From Zygnema circumcarinatum SAG 698-1b (lineage: Eukaryota; Plantae; Zygnematophyceae): a stretch of DNA of 64,000 nt. Numbering within the stretch: the first letter of the stretch is position 1; the number at the start of each line of letters is the position of its first letter. Shown here piece after piece: positions 1 to 11,109 of the stretch. Position numbers and translations under genes: made by a program. Under the pieces are notes generated by a model. It worked only from the letters and a program-made list of their open reading frames with translations. It made no database searches and had not been told where the DNA came from. The DNA lies in assembly GCA_037447605.1 (NCBI GenBank), contig CM074813.1, positions 2,480,001 to 2,544,000 on the forward strand, in the 5' to 3' direction.

Positions 1-672
1 CCGCCGAAAAGGAACGCCACAGACTTCAGTTGTCAATGAAAAAGGCTTTCTCAGTACAGAAACAGGCCATACTCATTTTACATTCAGGAGCGTTTTCACC
101 GTCAAGCAGCTTGCAGCAAATGCTAGAGGAAGAAGCCATTTGGTGGAGAAACGAAGAGACTCCCAGCGACAAGAGCGTTTAGGATAAGAATCACCCTCAT
201 ACAAGACAACCCAAGCACAAGGATGAACACCCTTGCTCCTCCTCTCTTTCTCTATGTGCTATTTGTGACCAGAAAAGCCGCCATGCCAGAACTGCCATAC
301 GAAAACGAAGTTCCTGAACGACAGGCGAAGTTCCAAGACAGAATCACACATGCAACCGCCTCCCGCACAAAAGACTTTTCATCATCAGCACTGACAATCG
401 CAGCGCCTCCTACCAGACCAGAAGCAAAAGAATTTTTGCAACAAACGAACTATCGAAGAATACAATCACATCACCCGCCACAGAAAGCCTGCTCTTCTAG
501 CCAACCAGACCCAAGCCAAACCTACTACACGACCGCCAAGTAAAGAAAGCGTAGTTTTGCTGCGGTTGCTACACGTAACTACCCCCTCCCAACAGCCATC
601 CGCCAACAAGCACTCTCCACCCTCCCTCCCTCCCACCATCCCTCCTAACAACAATCACCCTTTCCTCCTCAC

Positions 673-1261
673 CTGGAGTGCCCGGCAAGTTCCGCTTTCT
701 TTTGACTACCAGCGCGAGCCCCCCCTGGGAGCCCCCCTGCTCACCCTCCCTCCCTTCCGAGGAGACGCTGACATCTCCGGAGCGCGTAGGAAGCGCTAAC
801 GTATTGATCATCAGGGCGGGCCGGCCCCTGGAAGAGGGCGAGGCGAGGGAGCCCGAGCCGGCAGGACTAGCGAGGTTGGGAGACGCCAGGCTGGGCAGGC
901 CAGCTGTCGCCTCTAGCATACCATGCGAGGCTTCGAGCCCGAGGGGGAGGGTGGACACGTGGCCCGCTCCCGGGGTTGTGTGGACCGCGAAGGGATTAGG
1001 GTTTCCAAGGTCGCCGCCTTGCAGCACCTGCCAGGGGCTCTGCGCCGCGTCCTCCAGCTTGGGGCCGCGTGGCCCGTCCAGGGCACACGGGGGCAGCTGC
1101 GAGCACGGCTCGTCCGGGCTCACCACGCGCTCACACGTGCCGCTGGTCAGAGTCGAGATGCTTTCTTGCGAATGAACACAAGCGGCACGGCGCCAGGCGT
1201 CGCTGTGCGGTAAAAGCGGGCGAGAAAAGTCACCGGAAAAGAGCTGCGCTACGCCAGACAT
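673..1261 (-). CDS. First coding exon of an INDETERMINATE DOMAIN (IDD/BIRD) C2H2 zinc-finger transcription factor; rest of gene lies left of the window
   Basis: ATG at 1261 (MSGVAQ...). The frame runs to VVKRKRNLPGTP and ends at donor CCAG|GTGAGG (673/672). KKKRNLPG(N/T)P followed by an intron is the typical start of the ID domain. The zinc fingers themselves are not in the window. Confidence 0.7.
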
Positions 1262-1439
1262 GGTCCCGTGCACGCTTGTCTCCCTTCCCCCATGTCTTTC
1301 TTCTACTCAGTATCGGATTAGGGTTATCTCCTCCTCTCCCCAGCGCAACCTACACCCGCCAATCTAGCCTCACTCCCGCCACACTCGCACGCTGCGCTCA
1401 CTGAGCCGCTCCCCTCCCCTGGCAATCCACCGAGCGGGC

Positions 1440-3080
1440 GCTCGCTGCAGAGCCCTGCCATGGCTGCCGCGTGCAGGAGGCCATGGCTGCCGGCGGAGAG
1501 GGAGGGCGAAAAGGAGGCTGCGGCTGGCGGGCGGTTGCCGGCGGGGGGGGAAGGGCGCCCGCTTTTGGCGCATCCTGTCCTGTCGGGCCTTTACGGCCCC
1601 CCGGGCGGCCGATCGACGGCCCAGGGCGGCGTACGGTAGGACATCGTACGGCCGTACGCCGCCGCCCGCAAGACCGCGCGCCGCGCGGTCCGAAGTGCCG
1701 CCCGGCGCACTGCGCGGTTTGGCAGGACCGAGGCGAAGGCGGCGGGGGCCCGCCCTGCCCCGTCGACGTTACGCGCCGACCGCGCGGGGGAAGACTCGGT
1801 ACGCCTCGAGTCTGACATTGAAAATATATTTAGCCAGTCGCAAAATATGCGCAGTACGGATTCTGGTTTTTGCGCGGACCGCGCGCTGGGCACGGGGGAC
1901 CGGGGCAACCGCCCGGATTGCGCGCGGGCGGGCGGGCAGGCGCAATCCGGGCCGTCCGTCCGTCCGGGCGGGCGGGCGGGCGGGCGTACGACTGGCGCGG
2001 CGCAACTCCCGCGTCATAATTGGCGCCACGCGAACAGTTGTCTCGGGCAGCTCGAAAGGTTTCACGCTGCCCGGCCGCCGCCCCAGGCGCCGCGCCGACG
2101 CGCCGCCCACTTGCGCGCAACGACGCGCGAGGGCCCGCCGCGTGGCCGCGCGGGGGGGGGGGCGGGGCGCGTCACGTCGCGTCCGCGGGGGGCCGGGCGG
2201 AAGGAGCCGGGCAAGCGGGTGGACGGCGGGATGCGCGCGGGTGGGGCGTGGACGGCCGGATCGCGCCGCCGCGGATGGCGCCAGTGCGGGCAGGCTCGCA
2301 TCGCCCCCAAAAGCGCAGTACGGCGGCGCGGCGGCCGCCTGCGTGGACAAGCATGCGCGCCAAAGGGCTCCAAATTCAAAACTTGAATTTTTTTGCGAAG
2401 GCGCCAAATGGGGCTCTGCACGGTCCCGCCCGCCCGCCCGCCCGCCCGCCTGCCCGCGCGAATCGCGCGCCGCCGCAGTCCAGTCCCGGCCGCGCGTGGT
2501 TCCTCGACCGACCATGTTCCCCCGCCGGCGGACACCCGCCGCCCGCCCGCCCGCCCGCCCGCCCGGCCGCACAGTGGTCCCCACCTCCCCCCCCCCGCGG
2601 CGGTTGGCGGCGCGAGGAACCGTTTGGTACGGCCCGCCGCCAGCCATGATGCGGTCCCGCCGCCACGTGCCGCCCCGCCCGCCGCCCGCCCGCAACTTGC
2701 GGCCGCCGGTTGTTGCCCGCCGCCCGCGCGCCACCCGGCGGCCCGGGCGGGCGTTGACCCGCGCTGACTCGCCACGCTGGCAATCTCGTCGCGTCTGGGC
2801 CCGCCACGTGGCGGCTCCTCTCCCCGGCTGCGCGCGTGCGGCCGCATGGCACCGTCTTCTGTCGCCTTCGGGGGGATGGCCCGGCCCGGCGCGCCGCGGC
2901 GGCCGGGGACGGGGACAGGGGCCCGGGCGGGCGGGCGGGCGGGCGGGCGGGCGAACTGGCGAGCATGGAACCGCGGCGCGTGTCGCGTGGTGCGCTGGCC
3001 GCCAGGGGGGCGGTTGGTTGTCGCGTGCGGTTGGGCCGTTTGTTGGGGCCGCGATCGCGGGGCGTGCCATGTTGTTGGGC
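1440..3080. other. Extremely GC-rich upstream region with (GGGC)n/(GCCC)n tracts and short perfect inverted repeats
   Basis: (GGGC)n at ~1966-1985 and ~2925-2952; (GCCC)n at ~2427-2450 and ~2541-2562. Perfect inverted repeats at 1626-1662, 1672-1690 and 1911-1952. Confidence 0.75.
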
Positions 3081-4139
3081 GTGGTGTTAGCGCGAGGCGC
3101 GAGCTCATCGGGACGAACACAACAAGCCGCGCAGCCCAATGTCCCCGTCGCCAACGTTGTATTACAAAAGGTCGTCGACTCTGGTGCAACATTATTAGCG
3201 AGTCGCGCGACTCGCCCACTTCTAAATAAAGTCTGATAGTAGAATCCTGCAACCTCGAGAATGACTGGTTCATTGTCTGACTGCCTAATTGTTGTAAAGC
3301 TGCAACGATAATGTCAGTTTGTACAATAAAAATGGCCCGAAACATTACGGAAGAAGAAAATGGACAATTGAAAGCCGATGGTGTGAAGGTCTGCCGGCCG
3401 TGTCGTTGTGTCGCCCCCGAACCCACTGTCCATATTCTGTCCTTTGTTTGACGCGCCAACAGGGGGCGCGTCAAACTGAACAAACCAAATCGTACGAAAA
3501 GCAACGCTGACGATTGTGAAGTTTGACAATCGCCCTCGCTGGGGCCCTCCCGAAAGCGACCCCTTGCGGCCTTTGACCGCTATTTTGTCCAAGGCGGAGA
3601 GCGGGAGAGGGGCGAGCTAGAGAGGGAGAGCGAGCGCGTACGGTTCGCTGCCGCGCCGCCGGTCTCGATCCGCTCCGATTGGAGGGATCCAATCTCGATC
3701 CCACCGCTCGCCGCTGCCTCCCCGCGTCACTCCCTCTCCCTCTCCCTCCGCGGGGCGGTACGACCATGTGACCATGTCCGGAATATCTCCCGATGCCGAT
3801 TTGGGGGCCCTCCTGCATGGGGGATGATGGGATCATGGAAGGCCGCCCTTTTGTCCGGCCTCGGGCGCAGTCGTACATAGATCATGATGATGATGATGAA
3901 GCATCATCGGAAGTCCAAGGGTCGGCCAAGCCATCGGCAATCCAAATTTCAAATTTCAAAAAATTTCAAATGTTGATTGTTCCAATGTGGCGATGGCATG
4001 TGGGCCATGGGCATGTCGGCGTAGGAGCATCATGGTTGGACTTTGGACTCGAACTTTGGAGTGTGAACTTTGGAGTTTGGAGTTTCTGGCTCGGATGACC
4101 AACGTGTGGACTTGGGGTCGCAGTCCCGGGGGCTCGGAC

Positions 4140-4200
4140 GGCATGGCTCCACGTGGCATGGGCCCACATGGCATGGGGCCACATGGCATGGGCCCATGCC
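4140..4200. repeat. ~15-bp tandem repeat GGCATGG(G/C)(C/G/T)CCACAT x4
   Basis: ggcatggctccacgt ggcatgggcccacat ggcatggggccacat ggcatgggcccatgc. Contains TGGGCC and GGGCCCAC motifs. Confidence 0.8.
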
Positions 4201-4566
4201 GCATGCTGGCCATCCATGAGGACCATGCCCAGGCATCTACAAATAAGGGAATCTGACCTAAAAAACGTTTTTTTTTTCGTAATTGGTTTTGCACAAACCC
4301 TCAAAGAGGGACATTTCGTAAATAGGGCATGTACAGATGACGCTCTTTGAGGATCATTTTGAGTCGTTTGTATCAGTTCTAGAGAGTCTAGAAGCAGCAA
4401 GGGAATAAGGACAACCTTTATTTCATTGCCAATTTCAGTTTCAATTTTTGTTTTTGTGGCTAGATCCAAAACTTTAGAGGTTGTGTTTGGAATTTAGCTT
4501 TATGAGGAGGTGTGGAACTACGATGGACTCTGAGAAAGGTCGGAGCAATGCATGATGGATGGCAAT

Positions 4567-4701
4567 AGGGCGTGTCAGACTTAAAAATTGTTCGTAAGTT
4601 TGAGACCAGAACGAGTACTTCGGTGAGATCGCAATCCTGGTGCGGCGGAGTACTTACAAAACTTTTTTGTTTGTAAGATTTCGTTAAGTCTGACACGCCC
4701 T
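4567..4701. mobile_element. MITE copy 1 (135 bp)
   Basis: Perfect 18-bp TIR AGGGCGTGTCAGACTTAA at both ends, flanked by AAT (4564-4566 and 4702-4704). No coding capacity. Confidence 0.85.
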
Positions 4702-4704
4702 AAT

Positions 4705-4863
4705 AGGGGGTGTCAGACTTAACAAAATCTTACGAAAAGCGTTACGAAAAAAAAGGTTACGAAAGTACTCCGCCGCAGGAGGATCGCGATTATACTGGAG
4801 TACTCGTTCTGATGTCAAACTTACGAACACGCGTACTGAAATTTTTTAAGTCTGACACCCCCT
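4705..4863. mobile_element. MITE copy 2 (159 bp), same family, opposite orientation
   Basis: Perfect 18-bp TIR AGGGGGTGTCAGACTTAA, flanked by AAT (4702-4704 and 4864-4866). Its internal sequence is the diverged reverse complement of copy 1. Confidence 0.85.
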
Positions 4864-5249
4864 AATGGCGATGGAGAGTTTTGGATGGGATTTGCTAGGC
4901 TTTCATGCAACTGGGTGTTTGAATGAGCAACACTACATGCTGTGATTACCAAATGCACGCGTGTTCTCATTGGTTGGTAAAGAATTCAATACGTACGAGT
5001 TGAAGAGTTTGCAGCAGCTTCTAGAGCTGTGTTGTTGTACCAAGAAGTTCATGTACATGTAAGAGAAACCCCTTGTTTGGTGATGATCTGCTGCCATGCC
5101 CTCATGGGCATGGGCTGCTCTGCCCCTGCCTGCCTGCCTCCTTGTCTCCCTGGCCCACTGCTGCTGGAGCCTGCGCCTCCCCATACAGTGCCTCTGGTCC
5201 ACTGTGGGCGCGTCTGCAACCTCGTCCTGCAAGCCATAGCGGCTTCAGG

Positions 5250-6497
5250 ATGGGAGGCGAGTCGGAGATAGAGAGAGTGGTGAAAGCGGTGAAGGGCATT
5301 CTGCAGGAAGGGAATTCTTCCGAGTTGACTGAGCGGCAGATACGAAAGAGAGTGCAGGAAGAGGTTGGCGTGGACACGGCTGTGACCAAAAGCATAATCA
5401 AAGAGATGGTGCTCGAGCACCTGGCGTCTTGCGCGGAAGGAGATGGCGGCGAGGAGGACGCTGCTGCAGGACATGCGCAGCAAGAGGAAGGTGATGAAAA
5501 AAATGGCAGCCATGGGAAAGTGGAAGAGGAAAAGAGACCGGAAAGCGGACAAAAAGGTACTAAGAGAAGACTCGCTGCAGCATCAGCGCAAGGAGACAAC
5601 GACGACACGCTCGTCTGCGAGGTAAGGCTGGAGAATCCTTGTCACCTGAATTTGAATCAGAAATGTTAAAGATTTTTTATAACTTCTTTTAAGGTAATTA
5701 TGACAGTCCCAGCTTCTGTGATCATAATGCTGTCCTGTTAAGTGTCAATGTTGGGATCGCGTGGTTTTTGAAGTAAGGCGAATGCTGTAGACGTTCGTCA
5801 CTTCGACATCTTTTCTCTCGTTTTCTCCCCTTCTCTCTCTTCACTCTCACTCTCTCTCTGCAATTTTGGCCATCCAATGTGACAAGTGGTGATTGGCCGA
5901 CTGTCGATGGACGAGGCTATTCGTTTGAGTTTGTGATGTTTTTCTTCTTCATTCATATTCAGCTATGGGCGGCGTACACAGGCTGCAGTGCCTTGCACGT
6001 ATTCATATGAAAGCGTTCGCTGCTTCAAACTTCAAAATCAAGTTTAGAGTGTCGTTGGCATGTGAGGTTTCACACATGGTAGTCCTACGGGTGATAAGTG
6101 GCGGGAGAGAATTCCTTCTACTTCGCTTTTGTCTTTTTTGCGCTCTCGTTGGTACTGCAGTTGTCAAGCAAGAGAAGAGTTACTGTCAGCAGCTTCAAGG
6201 GGAAGTTATTGGTTGGCATACGAGAATACTATGAAAAAGACGGTCAGCAGCTTCCCTCTTCAAAAGGTACCTCCAACCAATCCTTCTGCGTCATTTTCAT
6301 TCTTTATTTTTAAGTCTATTCCTTCGCCGTTCTTTTTCTCTGAGCTGATTTAGTGCGGTTCTCTTTTTGACACAGCTAGCGTTTCACGTCTACTGTTTGC
6401 TTGCTGCTATTCAGGGATAAGCCTTTCGGTGGAGCAGTGGAAGACCTTCAGAAAAGGCTTTCCAACTATCCGAGAAGCTATACGGGTCATTCAATAA
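5250..6497 (+). CDS. KELP: RNA polymerase II transcriptional coactivator KELP (DEK-C-like N-terminus plus PC4 domain), 3 exons
   Basis: Exons 5250-5621, 6161-6266 and 6415-6497, all GT-AG. PC4 motif VCE|LSSKRRVTVSSFKGKLLVGIREYYEKDGQQLPSSK|GISLSVEQW. Confidence 0.9.
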
Positions 6498-7398
6498 TTG
6501 CGCTCCAAATATCAAAATCAGCCATGGTCATTTTCTTTGTTGAGTTGACGTCCAGTGCAGGCCCCTCTTTGGAAAGGGGCTCGTGCTAGGCAAGATTGGT
6601 TACAATAACCGACAGTGGAGACGATGTGAAATTACAGGAGCGGATCAAGCTTAATTCACTTTCGCCTTTTGTACATACATTTGATTTCAGTAAAGGAAAC
6701 AAGCCTATTTTTGCAGCTGTGGCTAGACTCGCAGGTTGCAGTTTGTTCTGCGGTTTTTTTTGGTTTTTTCGAGCGGGTGGCACTGTGGAAAGCGTGTCTT
6801 TTGAAAGGAGTCATGCAGAGGAGAAAAAAAGAAAAGAAGGGGAGTTATTGAATGTGCCCAGCGAAGATGATGATGATCATCATCAGCGATGATGATGATG
6901 ATGTGTGATGTGCTCCTTTGTATCTGTCACTGGGTTACGGTTCCCGAAAAATTACAGACCAATGTAATCTCATTGGGGGATTGGCCTCATCACAATTGAT
7001 ACCTTCCATTTGGCAGATAGATGCGCACATCGCTCTTTCAGAAATCAGAAACCAGGGAAGTGGGGAGAGAGAAACCAGCGAACCAGAAGTTTGTCATCAT
7101 AACGAGCACAACACACGAGCGGTAGACCATAGGATTTTCCTTCCACTGCCAACAATTTTGGCATCACAGCTTTCTTAGCTCTGCTACTGCGAGACAGGCT
7201 TTCTTGCGCGCACCCAGATTTACAGCAATTCGTGAATGATCCATCCAAACTCCTCGTATGCATTACAAGGAGTGGATTGTCAAAAAACTACAGAAACTAT
7301 CTACATAGAGGGAGCCGCCTCTCAGTAGTGTTGCCCTCCAGGACCAAGGCTTGTCCTCGTGGTTTCAGAAAAGGGGGCGATGGGCCAAGATCCAAATC

Positions 7399-10300
7399 CT
7401 ACGCCTTCGCCTTCTCCCGCACAATGCAGAGCTTTGCCAGAAGCCCCGACAGCTGCAGCAGCGAGCCGACCCCGCTTGCTATTCTCAAATGCGCGAAGCC
7501 TACCTCCTGCAGCAATCACAATCACAATCACAATCATAAAAGAAGGATCAGTATGTGAAACTCGAGGTGGAAGCGGCTCTTACATAAAAGAGCAGCTTCA
7601 TCCATTGCAATGCAACAACCCTCACGCCTCGAAGAATGGATCTCACAATAGGAATTTTCAGAAGTCCGAACTTCAATTGACTTGCGCGCTTCACGTAGGC
7701 TGGATGTGCTCAAATGCACATCCAGTCCGCCTCACTGCCTTTATTTCTCACGAAGCAGTGCCGTACTACGTGTTTCAGTCTGAAGCACATATCGACTTTC
7801 GTTCATTACTCTCCCTTTTCCCCGGGTTGAGAGTGGCAAGAAGTGCCAGGCATACCCCAACACCAAATTCATTCCCATTCTCAGGCTCAATGTACAGAGC
7901 ATGAGCAGCGGCGACTTAAAACCAAAAATAAAGCCATAACCAAAGCCACAGTTCTGATACCAAAGTCTTCGACCATGCACTCATTGTCGTCAATAAATAA
8001 ATGGCCTGTGTAACCTTACCCTTATGAACTCGAGCTTCAAGTATTCCGGCATGTCGTAGTTCTTCACGATGCGGAACAGGGTCGTAATGATATCAGATCC
8101 AGCATAGCCAAGGTCAAAGAGCTGCTTCATTCCCACATATGCCTCGTCTATGTTTCCCGTCAAGCACTGTTTGACGATGTTTGTCACCAAAAGTGGATGA
8201 GGCTGATCACAAACCTGAGGACCAAGAGCAAGTTGCGATCCGTTAGCTTGTGAAACTCCACAAATGATCCGGGAGAGCAGAAAAGTGTAGCAAATAAATA
8301 TCAGTCTGGCTGTGGGTATATTCTACTGAGAAAGTCGGATACGCTCAACCTAGTACTGAAAGGGAAACGCCATGCGAGAAGTAGACTAAACATCGACATG
8401 ATACTAAATAATTCGATCAGACTGCCGATTACGCTTCCGATATATACTGGCCTAGCTAAACAAGCCTTCTTCTGTGCTTGTCCACACCTTCCAAAATGCA
8501 GTTCAAGGCAGTCAAGCCTCGTACGCCAGCAAACCAAACACGAATAGGTGTTGGTGGTCCCAAAGGAAACCTAGATAGCACCTTTGAAAACTTAGGTTCC
8601 GTTTAATCCCGTCAAAAAAGTCATGTTACGTCAACTTCGTGCATATTCCTGAGTCATCGAGACGTATGCACTTGCAGCCAAAGTTAGATGGTTCCCTCAC
8701 CTTGAAAACATTGTCACGATTTACAAATCCGAAGCCACTATATGTTGCTTGCAAATTATTGAGCGCTTGTCGCATGTCTCCATCAGCAGTAAAAACTACA
8801 GCCTCCAATCCCTCAGGAACATAAGGCACCTGCAAAAATTTCATTGAAAAAACACAAACAAAGTACCATGATTAAAGAAATCATAAATGTTCTGAAAGTC
8901 TAAAAATCCAACCTTATCTGGTTATCTTAAATCAAAACGTAACATACCTCAAAGCCGGCACGCAAATATAATGGACATGTTGGTATTTTTTTGGATTGTT
9001 TCCTAAGTGTCATTCTGAAATTGGAGAAGATTGGCCAAGAAAAAAAGTCCATTGGAACGCTTCTGTGCAGATAAAGTGCACTCAAATCTAGGTTCTGACA
9101 CCAAAGACAGGCAGTTCACCGGAAGTAGAACGGCATAGCAAACTCAGTGCCTGTCCATTAAATGAGTCTGATACTTTAAGAGAACAAAGGAGAGTATTTA
9201 AGGCCGACATTCCACAACAAAAGGAGGACAATACTGAAGAGCAACGCTCAAAACGGAGACATAGCATCTACCTGGACAGTTAAAACTTTCGTAACATACC
9301 TGCTCTGCTGTTGCTACTTGCATTAAACGGTCCAGTATCTCTTGCTCAGAAAGTCGAGTGAATCGGACAATTGCACACCGACTCTGAATTGGCTCGATAA
9401 TCTTGGATGACATGTTGCAAGCCAAAGCAAAGCGAGTTGTACTTGAGTAAATCTCCATGGTTCGTCGAAGTGCCTGTTGAGCTCCTGCCGTCATGCTGAA
9501 GCGAATTTGGACAAATCATTGCAAAAACGAGCTCGATAATGCTTCCAAAAAACGTACCGTGAGAAAGGCATAGAAAACAAACAAGCCATCTTCATGATCT
9601 GCCGGCCGTTCAATAAGCCCAGTTTGGCGTTGGAGAAATGAGGATTATCTTCAAATTTCAACCTCAAACTTCACCAAACCAATACACACGAATCTGATTT
9701 CTCTGGTCATCGAAAAAAAAAAATTGGCCACCCGTTGCACTTGTGTGGAGTAACGTTCATCCTGTTACTCACCTATCAGCTTCATCGAGAAGAATAATTT
9801 TATGCCGACCTGGGGGAAGGGTGACCTTCTTTTGTGCAAACATCTTTATCTTGTTCCGTACAACATCAATTCCTCTGCACTGCATTCAAAAAAGGATTTA
9901 GACTGAAGGCAGGCAATAAGCAAGTTAAATAGACGAGGTCCAGGAATGCTACTGAAGAACATTCGAGGCCTCACGAAAACCAATATGTCTCCCAAACATG
10001 CATGTATGCACTATAATGATAAACTCTACAACTTGGAATGCTTGTAAAAAACAACTCCAAAAAGATTCAAGTTTCTGAACGAGGAGAAATCCTGAAGGAA
10101 GTCCTTAACCGCAAGCATTTGCGAAGATAAAAGGGATAACGAGGCACACATGACCATGGAATTCCTCACGATGGCGGCACGTCTTGTAGAGAACTGTCAA
10201 ACCATTGTAAGAAAAGGCTGAATGAAAAAATGACGATCAAGGAGGGCTAATTACCTGTCGTCAGATGCATTGAGTTCTAGTACAGCATCCTTAAATCGGT

Positions 10301-10755
10301 CGCCAAGGAGCTCATGTGCAAGCGCAAGTATGCTCGTCGTCTTCCCCGTCCCCGGAGGGCCCTACCAGTCGGTCAAGGCGACACGCGGTATACTTCTACT
10401 CCACTTTGGATGCCATAATGGGCGAACACGAAGAAGAACATCCCAGCACATGCACTTCAACATTTATAGACTTCAAAATCAGACAGAATCCGAGCTATCA
10501 AAAGCGACTGGATCATTAAATCAGCGTGAATTTCCTGCAAAGGCGACTGCGGCGAGTCAAATGTAAGCTGGCCGAGTCTAAGAATGGCGCGAAGGAGGAT
10601 ACTGCAAAGATAAGGTTGGGCATGTTGCCATCCTGCGCGATGACCTGCAGGCGGCTGACTGCGTCCTGGTTTCCGACGATGTCGGCGATGCGGTGTGGGC
10701 GGTACTTCTCCACCCATGGCAGCTCGTAGTCGCGGGGGGCCGAGCTCGCCGCCAT
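7399..10755 (-). CDS. RFC2: Replication factor C small subunit 2 (AAA+ clamp loader), 7 exons
   Basis: PWVEKYRP; Walker [10 protein letters not shown]; LELNASDDR|[17 protein letters not shown]; Walker B LDEAD; IQSRC; last exon [26 protein letters not shown] (7506-7399). Confidence 0.95.
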
Positions 10756-11109
10756 GACCGCTGCTCGCGGGACGAGAGAGAGAGAAAGCGCGCGGGAGCG
10801 AGATTTGAACCTGCGCCTGCTGCCCTTGCCAAACAGTTTCTATGTCTGACAGTTTGTCCTGTAAGTTAGTTAAACTGGTCTGAAAACGTCACCATGTGAA
10901 CGGTAACACAAAATGCTTTACGGAGCAGCGTCGACATGGATGTTCCCTCAGCATGACAGTGCATGACATGGCATGGCGTGGCCCACGGGCATGGCCATGG
11001 GTAGAACTGTGGGAACCGCAGAAAGAAACCACGAGGATAGCTCTGCATCCTTTTGAAGCTGTCTGAGCGCTGTAGGCTAGCGTTCCAAGTATCTTAGAAA
11101 CCGGCAGAC

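Noticed and set aside
1695-3504. Long overlapping ORFs (513, 461 and 480 aa) on both strands
   Set aside because: Arg/Pro/Ala/Gly-rich by-products of extreme GC content and GGGC repeats. No domains and no splice logic.
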